DNA of 64,000 bases from Trichoplax adhaerens (taxonomy: Eukaryota > Animalia > Placozoa), in contig NW_002060962.1 in NCBI RefSeq assembly GCF_000150275.1, positions 799,205 through 863,204 of the forward strand, read 5' to 3'. The notes under the pieces were generated by a model. It was given only the letters and a program-made list of their open reading frames with translations, did no database searches and was not told the origin of the DNA. Each line of letters opens with the position of its first letter. The stretch's first letter is position 1. The translations under genes were made by a program, and so were the position numbers. Shown piece after piece: positions 41,101 through 55,900 of the stretch.

Positions 41101-42466
41101 ATAGGCGAAAATTTAGTAATATTCGATTAGATAACTCTGAATTTCCATAGTTAGCTTAAAAAAATCGATATTTTAACTACATTGTTTCTATAACGTAATT
41201 CTAATACAACTTGGCAAAATGAATGTCTTCATTTCTTGAAATATCTTGTTGACTACCTTTAGTATTATTGTTTAGCTTAGCTATCCCCAGGTATTAGTTC
41301 TCTTTCATAAATGTTAGCAGCTTTACATAAACTTAAACAATAACTTGCAATATCCTTAAGTAATTACTTATTAACCGTTCTGTAGCAAATTCAAAATGAA
41401 TGATGGTAAAATTAATAAGTAGTTGTATCCTCTGATGCATAATTTACTCGCAGTACTAGGTATCATCTTATTAGCATAGATTGCTATTTATGTAACGCTT
41501 TTATGGCTAGCTGTCATAACGAGCGTTTTTGTTAGAAAGTAGTTTTCTCTTTGAATACGTGCTCTTTAAAAATGCACAAGTCTGTTATTTTCTAAGATTA
41601 CTTTGCCGATTGCTATTCTATAGGTATAACTTGCCCTTACATAAGTAGTAGTAATCAGGATGGAAAACAATACAGTACAAATAATATGAAATTGTCGTCA
41701 CCAAGCACGCAAGATTGCTGATGCGTGGTAAATGTTATAATCAATCTTGGCAATGTCAATATTATGGCTGTTTTAATTACATTAATTCAACATCCCTCTA
41801 ATCAATAATAGATGGCATGTGGATAGTGTTGATTTTTTAGCCATTGAATCAATAAAAATACATTCTATGTAACCTTTAATGGACTAATTTCAAAAGTAAA
41901 AGATATTACATAATTTTTAATAGGGAAAGTAGATTATAATCCATTCCTATAGAAACAACAATAAATTCATGCCCTTATGTCTTCTTACTCTTAAGCTTTG
42001 AATCAGAAATATGGTTGTAAATTGGAAAAAAATTGGAAAGTTAACTACAAATTGTTCTTAATAGAAGCTCTTTCTATTTTCAAGTACTGCATCAAGACTA
42101 CTCTCTTAAAGAAATAAATTGATAAGTTAAGCATCTATAAGTAGCAGTACATCATTACGGGTACTTCTTAGACAGGAATAAGAAAACTAAGATTACCTCT
42201 AAGGCAGATCAATGTAGAGGTTATTTTAATGAATACCATACCCTAGTAACAACTAATACTTTTAATGTAAATTAATAGGGATAAAGCCTATACATATTAA
42301 TGATAAGAATTAGTTATTATCCCTGTATAATTGGAATGAGCATTAGGTGATTTGATATCATATTGAATAATTTATTAGCCATTATCTTTATGGAGCATGA
42401 TTGTATTTGATCACTGAATTAAAATGGAAAATTATGAGGAAGTCTATTTGAGCACTAATGAATCGA

Positions 42467-42749
42467 TGCACCTGTTACCTTAATTGATGATATCAATGTT
42501 ATTTTTGTTCCATGATCCAGATTTGAGACCTGGTCACCCGTCTCTGGAATATAAGCAGATTGCATAAACAATAAAATTTTTATACTTATTGACGTTGGAA
42601 GATTTTGGTCATTAATTTTATATTACAAAGTAATAACATATAAAAGCCATTGATTTACTCTACTTTCTATCAATTATCATTACACATCTGAAGAAATTAA
42701 GCCTTCAGCTTTAAGATAATCGACAAATATCTTGCCTACATTAAAAAGG
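42467..42749 (+). promoter_or_regulatory. Predicted promoter and non-coding first exon of insulin-like gene 1
   Basis: TGCACCTGTTA at 42467, TATAAAAG at 42639, donor G|gtacgt at 42750, acceptor tag at 43085-43087 just before the ATG; same layout in the two paralogs. Confidence 0.6.
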
Positions 42750-43096
42750 GTACGTGAAGGATTTGATTTTTAGCGTAGATAAGATACAAGAAAAAATTTT
42801 TGTCTAGTTATTTTCAACACCGATATTATCTGATATTTGAGCTTAAAAAAGTATTGGTATATTTGTCAGACTCATCATTTTCTCAATTCATATTTCATTA
42901 ATTTTTATAGGTAATGTAAAATTTTTTAGCTAACTAATATAGAGAGCTGATAAAATTTGCATTTTTACTGTAATCGTTAACATCATTGATGATTTAGTAG
43001 GATAACGTGAAAAACTTATTTAAAAGAAACTAGTACTATGGCGTTATATCGAGTTTCACAGAGTGTATTTTGTTATTTTACAATTAGAGAGAAAAA

Positions 43097-43770
43097 ATGG
43101 CCGGCAAATTTGTATCTACACTCGTTCCACTTTTGGCTCTAGTCTGCGTCGCAGCAGCTTTAAGAACCGCTAATGATGATTTTGTTATTGGTCAAGATGA
43201 TTCTAATGTTGTCTTAAATTGTGCTGATTCAAAATCAATTGCTGTTAAATACTGGAATATGTGCGGTCTCAAAATCCAACTGTCATCTTGTCCTCTTCCA
43301 TCTATTACCAAGAGATTTGCTACCGCTGAAGATGATGAGAAATTTTACAACGCTTTGGAAGCTAAAAAGAATCGTGATATCAAATTTGATGGTAATTTAC
43401 TTAGATTATAATTTGTTGACATTGTATTCGATAAATAGCATAGCCATTGTCAATATTACGGGCTCGTAAAAGTTATATTCGATACTTAATGATAGCAGTC
43501 TAATAAGAACTCCTTTTTCACGTTCATTAAGGTATTTTGGAGTCCATCAAGGCGTCGAATACTTTCTTAATGCACAACAAACGCGCTCATAATGCTAAGC
43601 TTCGTAATATCAGGCGTCTCTGTTGTAAGAACACTATTATCCCCAACTGCAATGACCGTAAATTCTTGGAAACATGCCCCGGTGGTTCTAGATTCAAACA
43701 AAATTCATATGATGAAATTATCTTCATCGGTTGCGGTTTGGCAGCTGACGAATTAGCCCAAGAAGGTTAA
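43097..43770 (+). CDS. Insulin-like prepropeptide 1 (8 Cys), 2 coding exons, 177 aa
   Basis: Exons 43097-43391 and 43532-43770 (phase-1 intron). Signal peptide; B-like C-x13-C-x8-C; KR; C-peptide; KR; A-like CC-x7-C-x8-C-x18-C. Confidence 0.85.
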
Positions 43771-43879
43771 ATAGAATGCACGCCATAACTTTGCAGCATG
43801 CGAGCAGGACTATTCAATTTACCCTATTAACTTATTATATTCTTGATGATTGGCTCTCCAAAAAACGTGTAGATTATAA

Positions 43880-43896
43880 GATGTGAAGGCAATAAA
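43880..43896 (+). promoter_or_regulatory. Conserved 3'UTR element with polyA signal, GATGTGAAGGCAATAAA (gene 1)
   Basis: Identical 17-mer also at 52978 and 61447. Confidence 0.75.
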
Positions 43897-46800
43897 AAAA
43901 TGTACAACAAAAACTGTGATACGAGTATCTTTCTTATTGTTCAAGTATTGAATCTTCCTCACTGCTCATATAAAGACTTTCTAATGTGAAGATTAAGCAA
44001 CTTTCATTTTTTCTAGTAAAAAACAATCTGGGTAGATCTATTTTATCTGTTAATTTACGATTAGCTACTGTAATAAGATTGCCATAGACCTTTAGTAGCG
44101 AGTAGACAGTAAAACGAAAATTCATATACAATTTAACGTCCGATGGGTAGATACGGCAAAAAATTTATTCTATAAACGAGATTCCTCTGTAATAATACTT
44201 GAAACTGCCATTAAATGTATAAAGGTCGATATTATAAAATTTTTTGATGGATAACAGAAATCTATAAAATTTAGGATAGATTACAGACACAGTACTTATA
44301 CATATACCGCTTGCTAATTTTCTTACTCCAGTATCTGTGTATCAAAATTATTACAGTCAATGTTACTTTCATATCCAAACATCCAGAAACTAGTTGGATT
44401 GAAAAAAATGACCGCAATGCTCACTAGTTAATCTTTCCATCAGGTATGTATTTAATTTAGTTACATCGTGCTCAGGCAGATACTTAACTGCTACTTTATT
44501 AATTAAACGAGATATTCAAAAGACTGTGTCATAATAGCATGCAATCAGAGTAAGAAAGAATTGTCATAAGATATATATAGATCGAACTCAGATCTCGTAA
44601 CTTCGCAAGATTACAGCCTTAAGGTGATATTGTGAAAATGAATAAAATTACGATCAGTTGAAAAGACAAGAAAATACTTTATTTAAAATCATGTTGATTA
44701 CAGCTATACGGTATAGGTAAATTGCTGTAGAACTGTAAATTTTTGTATCTTCCATTCCATTTTGAGTTCAATTCAGCCGGAAATGGACTACTAAAAATAC
44801 AGAAGTAGCTGTATAGATCCAATTGCAGTAGTATACTATACATTTTTTTTAACTTTAATTTTATTTTGAGTTTATTTCAGCAAGAAATAGAGTATTGAAA
44901 TATAGAAATATATTGTTTCATTGCGTAATAGTCATCTTGAAAGCAAATCAGCATAAAATCATTTCACTATTTCTTATTATATAGCGCAAAATATGATCGA
45001 ATGATCTTAGCAGAATGCATTCATCTTAAATTAATATAACAGCCGGTGCTGGTGCTTTTGCTCGATTTTTTTTTGGCTATGACAACTACATCATGAAAGA
45101 AAAATGCCTAATTATATACTATTACGCTGCTTTTCTTCCGTATTGGCTAATATTTGATGAAAAATATTAGTAAAAGAGCAAATGTAGTATTGAGAAATAT
45201 TAAGAACTGAGTGGGTATCGAATAGATGCTCTATCGTCGTAAACAATATAATTATGATCTTAAGTCTAACCGTATTCAAGATTAAATATCCATATTTTAC
45301 ATTTAATTGGATACCTAGTGGCAAAAGTCATACCCAGAGTCTATAAATGAAGGCAGGAAATGGCTCATTAATGTATTGATTGCTGTGATATATTTTGCAG
45401 CTTTAAACTAAACGTTTGATTTTAATTAATAATATTCTACGTACTATCTTTCAGTTATAATTAGGAGTATATTCAGTAACTGCATATATGTGAATATGAG
45501 TAATATAATAAATACTAAGTATTAAGTACTAAATAATTGAACCCGCGTTTTAATAGTAATATTTTTAGTGGCTAAATGAGGATTGAAGATTATTGTTGTA
45601 AGCATCTTATTTATTAATTAATAGGATAGGCATTTACATCCTTTTCCTGATGGCTTAATTATTACTGTACCATTAACGCTTGCTATAGCAATCTAGCTAA
45701 TCAAACGCCTACTCTTTTCTGTTATAAGCTATTGCTAGGAAAATTTAGGCCACGTGTGGAAGTCTCTGAATGCCTAAAGATAACAATTTTTAGATAGGAT
45801 AACATCCATTACCATTTCAGAAATTTTACTGCTATGACTTCTGTACGCTTTGATTGTTAAGGAATGCATTAACATCGTTAACTTTACCTCAGTCCTATAT
45901 TTTAGTGTTCATTCGATGTAATACAAATATCTCGATAGTTTCAAAACTAATTTATTACCTACATAATGAGTAATGAAATTTCATCAACATTGGGCTTTTA
46001 ATGGTGCGAGAAAAATATTACTTGACATTTGAAATTTTCGATTCATAAATTAGGAAGTAAGAAATTATCCTATTTCTAAGTCAGAATTATTAATGCCTAA
46101 AGCTGACTATCTTACCTGCTATGGTAATAAAGTCTCCAATTAGCTGCAGACTTCGGTTACGTATAATGACAGTAGCAATTTTAAATTTCGATTTAATGGA
46201 TGGTATATATTACCGAAGCAAACATTTTAAACTATCTAGAAATAGTTTTGTTAGGCATTGCAGTAAATATAATTACATAGTATAAATAATTTACGAAACA
46301 ATTAGTAAATAAATTATAATGATTCATGATTAAAGTAATGCTTCATGATTATTTATTACCAATTTTATCAGTTTAATAATAAAGTCAGAAATGGTTCCCA
46401 ATTTAAACACATATTAGAATAGAGACTATAATACGTATTGAGTAATATACTTAATTATGTTTCATTAAAGCTTAGAACTGTGGTTTATATTTTTGGACGT
46501 AGAATGTAGATCTGATATTATATCATTATCATTATTTTGATTTGATGTCAGTTACTATCGTGATCTTTCCAAATATCACTTTGTCATAACTATCCAGATA
46601 ATATAAAGTTACAGGAATATATTCGTATCTTTTCTATTGTTGACACCTCTAAAACTACCCCTCTGTAGTTGCCTTGCTAACTACTAATCGTTACTAGAGT
46701 CTCAAAAATAATTGCTCAAAACAACTATTAAGGTTTTACTTACAAATAGATTATTTTTAGGAAGGACTCGCTCTCACAGTAACAAAATGGAACTCATTTA

Positions 46801-49396
46801 ACTTTATTTTACTCATCATTTTTTGGATTATCCCTCTACAGCATACGAACTTAAAGATAAGATTATAAAAAGTAACCTAATAGGAGGCACCGGTATCTAA
46901 ATATAGGACGACAATTCTCAAAAAATTTTTTATACATGATATCAATTTAGCACAATCAAAGTCTATTCTTGACCTAAATTGAGAAGAATTGATCAAAAAT
47001 CAAAATAAAGCTTTATGCATAAGCTTATCTTCCATTCTTCTTGAACAGACAGACATTCTATCTCAAAATTAATAAACTACTGCCATTTAATATTACTGAC
47101 GGAATACCTACAAATGCCTATTTAATAAAATAATAGACGTGAATAAACAACAGTAGCATATATGATTTGCTAGTGACGGAAAATGTAGTTTCGTTACAAG
47201 ACTATATAAAACTTTCTGTCACAGCCATAAGAAGTATTTATACTTTTAATAAAGACTTTATTACGTGAATTAAGATAGAAATTAACTGCGATATATAGAA
47301 ATCATTAGTGCAAGCATTAAGCTTATTTACTGATAGTTACACCTTATTGTAGATAGCATCGTATTATCAATACACACTGTATAAATATTATGAATAGATC
47401 CGAAAATATATAATGCTCAAATATTTATTGTCGATTGCAGATGCTTTATAAGTGATCGAGACAGTTTTAGAAATTTAATGTCGTAGAAGCTATTAATGAC
47501 GTGAAATGTCATTTAACGTGCATTCAAAGTTCCTATATAATGCCATTTTAAGAATAAAATCTAGGTCAATTTAGTAGGCGTGGGTTAAAATGTGATTAAT
47601 AGTTTACGCTAAGAAAATAAGATTAAATTTGCTGCTTTAATTTTAAATTATAGCATTATCATAAATCATTAGTAACTGAAGGGAAAAAAGTTATCAATTA
47701 ATAGCAAATCTGAAATTACTCCGTAGTCTACTTTTAACAGCGACAGCTGCAAATCCATCTTAGAAGATTAAAAGTTGCTGAATTAAACTTTCATGAACTA
47801 TAATGGGCAGCGATATACTCTTTAGATATGATGATAAAATGAAGTATGATATGACTGAACTTTCATTACTAGTAAACACACAAATATAAAGCCTTTTAAA
47901 TTAAGCCATTAACATACTGAATACATCAGTCTCGTATATTATAATTTTGCAACCATCACTATAGTACGGTTTATATGGATAGCAGAATCAAAGTAGCTAG
48001 GCAAAGACACAAATTACTGGTTATAATTGGACACTTCAATATTTGCTATATATGAGAATAGCCAAATGAATTTTATGAGATAAAGCACTTGATCAGATAA
48101 TCCATCAATCAATGTATCAATTAATCTTGTTTAAAATGATTTTATCTATTATTTATTATTTTGGAAATTGGCTATTAAATTCGTGAGCAATATTACTTGC
48201 TGCATATTTTATTATTAATTAATCCGCGTAGCCATGATGCATCCTAGATATTACAAAAAAATAATAAAAAACAAGACGATATCATTACGAAGGGATTGCT
48301 CGAATTTAAGCTAAACCTTATCAAATTCATATAGATTGAATAAATTGCAATTTAATAGAGACGCCATTTAGTCATCTACCTAGTATGGGGTACAGAATAA
48401 ACCATGATGCTAATTTAAAAATATCAAAATCATTACAGTCCTCCAGGATCTCTTGTGTACTTTATAATGATAATTTCGTTTTCAATCAATATCATTTCTA
48501 CTCTTGCTTCGATTAGGTTAATAAAGAAAAAGTATTCAATATAATACATTCAACATTCTATGTCTTATCTATGTGAAGGAATTGATAATAAAACATTCGA
48601 TTGCTGTTGTAAATCATGAAATTCGTATCAGCCAACAAATTGTAGAGTTGCAACGTTCGGATTTATATTTTAAATACTGTACTTAAACTGCTCTGCTAGA
48701 TACGACAATAGAGTCTGGTATTAAAGTATGAATAGTTTAAACTAGCTAGCTGCAAGTTTAAAAATCAGTCGACCGCGAATTAATGTTATTTTTCTATCTC
48801 AAAATAAACAAACTATTAAAAACATTATTAAATATTCATTTATTTAAGGCAAATAAATGAAGTCGACCTACTTCTATCAATTCAATTACATTATGTCCTT
48901 GTAACAGTATAAGATGGTCTTAAGAAGGTGATACTAAACAATCTGTTGATTAATTCAAGTTTATTGGGATTTATATATTACACCGATTGAGCTGAGTGTT
49001 GGTAATTTTACATGGAGACACTATAGCTTGATTTGAATGTTTGTAGCTTCCTTCCGTAAGTCCTCATCATAGAGTGAATTTTAGAGGAATAAATGATTAT
49101 CTGATGAATATAGAGGATATTCGAATAGGTTGCATGAATATGAATCGATATCTGTAATTTTCAAGTTTAGCTAACGAGATGGTGTATCAAATAATCAACA
49201 GTTACTATCCATGATAATGCTACTAAGACCAAAAACGAGGTCAATGAATTAAATTTTTTGATTGTTTATCCAGTTCGAATATTGCATAAAATTTTGATGT
49301 ACAACTCTTGATTGACTTTTACTTAGAACCTTCTAATAGCTATAGGAAATGCATAAATTATACAATAGTTCCATTAATATTCTACAGAATGAGATT

Positions 49397-49593
49397 TGCA
49401 CCTGTTATTTTATGATATTTATTTGTTAATTGAGCTCGGTATATTTCTTGTTAACAATAGAGTTATTAATGTTATATGGCTTGCGGAAAACCTTTAAAAG
49501 CTTAAGGATTGACGGCTTAAATTATTGTCTTTGCTTTTCTGGAGGATTGCAGCTTCAGCCAGAAGAATTATTCCACCCATCTTTTACCTACAG
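49397..49593 (+). promoter_or_regulatory. Predicted promoter and non-coding first exon of insulin-like gene 2
   Basis: TGCACCTGTTA at 49397, TTTAAAAG at 49493, donor cag|gtaccg at 49594, acceptor tag at 50884-50886; block conserved with 59670-59873. Confidence 0.6.
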
Positions 49594-50896
49594 GTACCGA
49601 TAATCTTCAATTTTAGCATAGTTTCTACTAATACTTATGCTATCTAGCTTGGTTTATTTGGAAGATGGTTGTAAATTGTAACTTGCTACATGTGATTTAC
49701 AAATACGATGACAATTTATAGTAAAATAGTGTTAAACGAGATACTTTGTAGCTTATTTATCTGCCAGTTACTAAACTGGTATTTTAATGTATTACAATTT
49801 TATTACTTTCGCATAGTCCTATTTCTGCTTTGATTGCCATGATTACAAAATAAGATAATAGTTAGTAGTAGGATGTTGCTAAAACAGAATAACTTACATC
49901 GTAGCGTATTTATCTGTCAGTTACTTAATCAATTTAAGAAGGTATTCTATTATTATAACTTTAATGGAATGCTACTTCCAGCTTGACTACTACAATTACT
50001 ATAATCAGTAAAATAAGATAATAATTTTAGTATATTGTCAATTATTTAACCGGTATTCTGATTAATTATAATTTTATAACATTAATGTAGTACTACAGTT
50101 TGGCTACTAATATTAGTAAAATATTAGGAGGATATGTAGCAAGATGTTGGTAAAATGAGGCACAATATAAGATAGTCTAGTCATCGGCTAAATAATCAAT
50201 CAATATTCTCAAGCATCTTAATTTTATGATTTTAATGTAGCACTACTTTTGATTCGATTACTATAATTAGCAAATATATCGTGACAATTTGCAGCAGAAT
50301 GTCGATAAAATGAAGTCATTCTTGTACATATATGCGCCTGCCAAGTAATCGATCGCTATTTTCTTGCATTATTCATCCTTTTATAATTTGAATACTACTT
50401 CAAAATGTTCTAAAATACTGTATTAGCTCGAAGCTTATATTCAAATTGTTCGTAAAATAGGTGAATTTTGTGCGATAGCTAGTCCATTTAGGCTGTTTTT
50501 AATATAGCTAAGGAAATCCTTTATAGAAAATTCACAGATATTTTCTAAAATATGTACTAATTAAGTTGTGCTAATAACCACTACTTCATTTCTTTTCAAT
50601 CAACTATTAACTGCCGATATTAAGTAATTTGCTCTTATTGCTACCAAAGCCTTAATATCTACGCAAAATATTCATTCCTCATGTTATTAATACACAACGA
50701 CCATAGTTAGTGGTTCTCAATTTAATAAGTCAATTTGAAAATCATACTTGAAAAAGAATTAACAGTTCTATTGCTATAGTCCATTAATATTGTTTTATAA
50801 ATCAGTTACCAATCATTTGTTTACAATTATAAACTCGCTGCTTAAAAATTTACACATTGCTATTTCATCTACTCTAGTTACTATAGGCATATAAGA

Positions 50897-52879
50897 ATGG
50901 CCAAATTGAATGTTTTATCGTTGATTGCCTTTTTGGCTGGCTTAGTCGTTGTCATTGAAGGAACGGATTTTATCATCTTTAATGAAATCCCGCCTACTAT
51001 TCACGTATGCGGCGATCAGAGGCTACAGATTTTAGATTATTGGGCAGAATGTGAATTGAACGTCCCCTTTGATGACTGTCCACTCAAGCGTCGCCGATCA
51101 GTTGATGTAAATCTCATTTCTGATTTCAACAAAGAGCCATCTTATAGCAAATTTGATGACCGTAAGTATAAGTCATAATTACTGCTAAATTCTTACTAGT
51201 TGTTATTATTCCAGACGAGGTAAACTTGGATATGGTTTCCATGAGTAGTTGCCTTGATAATGAATTTCCAATTCAATTTCAAGATGGTTTAATAAAACTT
51301 ATTAATTAACTGTATTTTTCTGTTTGTTTAATTATGCATTTGCTACTATCTGTATTAGAGAAAAAAATTAGCAGTGTTTGGCCATTCCATTTTATGGATA
51401 GCAAATTTTGTCTCATTTCTTTATAACATGTTATTAATCGTTCATTAGAAATATCTCTTACAAATTGATATTAGTTTAATTTAAAATATGAGTACGGCAT
51501 AGTCTTTCATTTAATTTCCAGTATACACGGTACGGTATAAAGTTACAGAACCTCTGTTAAATAGCTAAAAATGGAGAGTTACTGTAAGATTAGAGAAATG
51601 CGGTATGTATATCAGTATATGTCATATACTCAGGCTTTATCAACCAATGTACAAATGCTGTAGTCGTTACTACTACACAGTACACGGTATAAAGTTACTG
51701 AACCTCTGACAGGTCTACGACAAATGGTAATACTATCTGTTAAATGAGCACATTATCGTAAACCGTCAGCAAAGCGACGGGAGTTTGCACTAGTAATAAT
51801 ACGAAGTAAAGCACATAGGACGTATAACAGTCAGTTATACTAAAAGACTAAATATAGATGATAGTAAATAAGTTCTTTATTGGAGTCATATACTGACATG
51901 ATTCTTAATTCCTGGGTAGAATATTGTAAAGGAATATTTAATCATTTTATGTATAAGTTTTATGGAATGATTAATCTAGAGTTTACAGTAAGTTAGTATA
52001 ATTATCCAGTTTATCTTGATCGTTTCCAACTGTTCCTATGAGGAGAAAAGGAGTGTAATATTCTCCGATTGACAGACTTGAAAAATGTTACTTTTAAGGT
52101 TAAAAAGCGGTCTTGATAATCAAATTAGGGAATTATTCTGTTTAACAACTTAAATCTTGAGTTAGAGGATCGAAAACCTTACTGGTTAAAAATTCATCCA
52201 TCAAGATTACTTACGCAATGCTTGATTAGATTAATTTGTTATATCATAGAGGCAGCAATGTAGCCTTTAAAAGTTACCAAGGCCTTTACGTGATTTGAAA
52301 TGACATCTTCACTCGACGTGTTCATTAAATACTTTCGGTATATTGCAGTTGTAAATTCAATTTAGCACCCTTACATTTTTAAATCCATTTCTTTTATATA
52401 TGTATGTATTTATTTATACGTATTGTCATAAGAAATATGTATCCATATATAGTAAAGCATACAGTACATTCTAAGAAGTAATTTATCAATCTTAAGCAGA
52501 GTTTGCTTGATAATTCCGATTCCTGATGGATATTATTTAACATATAGCTAACATTTACAATTTTATAGTTAATTTATGTAGGTGCAGTCGTATAATTAAT
52601 ATTTTTGATTTATCGCTGATATGTATCATTTACTATACAGGATTGATTGAAGCTGACAACGTTAATAATTTCTTAAAATTTGGAAAAACTTTATATGCGC
52701 GTCTTCAACCTTTGAATCTTGAAAAAATAGACGAGAAATGCTGTATGCCAGCACCCAATCCAGCGACTGAATGTGGTATGTTGCCTGATTTATGTCCTGG
52801 CGGTAGCATGTTTGATGAAACTACCAGAGAACAAGTTATTATAGGTGGTTGCGAAGTTTTTATTGAAGAAAATCTATAA
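50897..52879 (+). CDS. Insulin-like prepropeptide 2 (8 Cys), 2 coding exons, 167 aa
   Basis: Exons 50897-51161 and 52641-52879 (phase-1 intron). Signal peptide; HVCG..C-x13-C-x8-C; KRRR; CC-x9-C-x6-C-x18-C. Confidence 0.85.
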
Positions 52880-52977
52880 TTTTTCTCGCTATCAATCGTT
52901 GATTTAAGTAAGCAGAACTATCCAATTTACTCCCTCAAAGTATGATTGCTTACTGCGATCAAATATGTAGACTGCAA

Positions 52978-52994
52978 GATGTGAAGGCAATAAA
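52978..52994 (+). promoter_or_regulatory. Conserved 3'UTR element with polyA signal (gene 2)
   Basis: GATGTGAAGGCAATAAA. Confidence 0.75.
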
Positions 52995-55900
52995 GATGAT
53001 GTTATAAAATCGATTCTTGAATTTCGCTTTATTTATTTTTGTTCCGTTGATTTAAATTTTGGATCATGAGGCTATTTATTTTAATAATAGAGCCTTGAAA
53101 TAGACATGTTCCATTTCTATTCAGACTTAATCTAAATTAGACTAGTGTAACTAACAGATTATGCAAGTTAAATTGAAAGCTATTGCTGTAGTTTGTACAA
53201 CAATAAAGTTTAGCTTGCTAAACTTTATTGTACAAAAGTAGATTCGACTGCCAATATAGAGAAAAAATTTCTTGACAGTTGGGCAATCTCAGCTTTCGTG
53301 CTTGATGACTGCTAGAATTTCTCGCGGACACAGTAGGTAATTTTTAAGTTCTATATCTATTAGTATATTGTAAATTAAATTACCATAGGAAGAATAATAC
53401 CAATAAGAAGAAATAGGTCAAATTTGTGATACTGTCAATAAAACTATATTGCGATAATATTCTAATATACCTATCTTATTTACTGTATATGTACGTGTAT
53501 CTAAGTACAGTATATGAATTATGATCGTCAACTACCCAGTATAAAAATACTGTTGTGCATTATTTTGCTAGCTGGGATCATAAATTGTGAGGTTGATAGA
53601 TAAAAAATCTTCAAAACTTTAGAAAATATAAGATTTATTGAACAAAACCTCGTTTACGAAGATACAACGTAACCGATTAGCTGAGGACCTCTAACGAGAA
53701 AGAACTTTCTTACTATACTAGACTACTCGCTTAATACTTTTCCGCGTTTACAGTCTTAGCACCTTACTTACTACACACTTCAGTATTAGCATCTCAAATA
53801 CAGACTAGTTTACATCTTTCATGTGAAGCTCTAGTGTGAGCACTGTAGCACTCCTCTTCAAAAGGATTACAGTTACTAAGCTAGCTATATTTAATGCTTA
53901 AGCCTCGAACGAGAATATCTATCACATGTTGAACACAACGCCTACGGTAGACATTACTAAATATATCATCAACTTAGAATACAATATTACACTGTCTTAT
54001 ATAAATAAACCCGTATGATAGTTAATAGCCTCTGTTATTGTAGCATACTTTCCCAAAATCTTTTTAATAGTAGTTATTGTATTATATTTATTGGTATATG
54101 TTCATCTCAGTGACGAATAGGAATCTCACGTCATTTCACATTATCTAACATCGCCAATAGGCCGTAAATTTATCTCCTGCAGCTTATACCATAACTAATA
54201 GATAATTACCATCAAAATTGCCGTTACTTTTCTCTTATAACATGTCATACATAGTATAAGACCAGCTGATTTATTAGTTTCCTCTACTAATAAATTGGTA
54301 ATGTTACACTGATTATGTATATTCCCTCTATATTCCAGTAAAATGGGTAATTTTGTCTGTAGGTGGGGGCTACTTTTACTCTCACGTTGTTTTATATCAT
54401 TATCATATTATTTCTTAGTATTTCAGAGCACAAGTATAAATATATAGAAGTAAAAATTTTAGTAATAACTCTCGGAATAGCATATTTTCAACATTGTGGG
54501 TTTGAAGTCTAGCTATAGTAAGAATAATGAAATTCATTTCTGAATATCTCTATTCTGTCATTTGCAAGGTGACTCAATCATAGGTGTATGCTATTAAAAA
54601 TTGAACTTCTGAAATTTTGAATCGGCCTAATCAATGGTATTTGTTCTTTGCTATCGGTCGATAAACATAGTAAAATCTTAGTGCATGTTAGTAATTTGCA
54701 TTCAATTACTATTAATGAAATAGACATTTCGGAATCGTGCGTTTTTAAAGTTATGGAATTTAAAAGCCTAAATTTACTAATCATTTAGGGATAAATTGTG
54801 GGATTATATTCAACTGATACAAACTTAAAATAAATCTATTTTCCGCATAGAAAGTAGTTGCTTGTATAACTTTAATATGATTGATTATAAGAAGGGTACG
54901 GTAGTAACTATGAACTTATTTAATCGTATTTTGATAATAAAAACTATAGTCTTTGCCTTAAAAGTATCATAACGAGTCTTATGCCTGATAATGGTAAGCT
55001 CAAGCTGAAGCGTTATATTTGTGAACTACGTTGGATAAATTTTTACTAACTTTAGCTATAGGTAAGAGCGTAAACAGATTAGTTTCAGAGGACATATATC
55101 ACTTTATTAATACGCGAAAAGATTTGAACTTTTAAAAGAATGACTTTATAATATTGTAGTATAGCTTCCTTATGCTAGTATGAGGAGAATTACTCGCCTT
55201 ACATCAAGCTAAGTAATATTAAGCAACATCTAAGAATTTAAACTGACCTTAATCGGTGCTTTAATCTTGATGTTCGAGGTGAAATGCTCATTAAAATTAG
55301 AGCCTATTTAAGAAAGTTAAATCGAAATTTTAATATTCTAAATCCGTAATCACGCTTTGATTCTGCCTTTATATAGACAAAAGTGTTAAAATCTGCAACG
55401 ATAAAGACTAATTGGTTTAATTGATGCGACACATTAGGCGTGCGCTATATTTAAATTTTCGGCTAATTATATTTTCAGACGGATTAAATTGTAAATAAGC
55501 TCTCCGCGAACAAAAGTAGTAGAATAAATAGAGATGAGAGCAATAAAAATGCTAGCAAGTCATATTCTTTTAACAGATAACATCATATAAATAGTGAACT
55601 GATATAGCTGAAATTAGCATAGAATCAAACTAGAAGGAATCCAGTTTAGTTTCTAACTCAAGAATGATTACTATTAGACATGATACGTTGAAACAGCTAA
55701 CCGTTATGCAGCATAAAACTCATCGACGTAAAATAAGCAATCGAAAATTTCGAAATGCGGGCTAATATTTTCTAGTTAATGCCACGCAATAATTAATTAG
55801 TAGCGTTATTAATTAATTATCACTTTCTAGATATAATGCTGTCGTTAAATTTATAAAGATAACCGGTAACCAGTATTGCTCTTAATGATAAGTAATATTG

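Noticed and set aside
43803-43896. Conserved 3'UTR blocks as a possible SECIS element
   Set aside because: All three peptide genes end in TAA with no in-frame TGA, and no convincing SECIS stem is visible.
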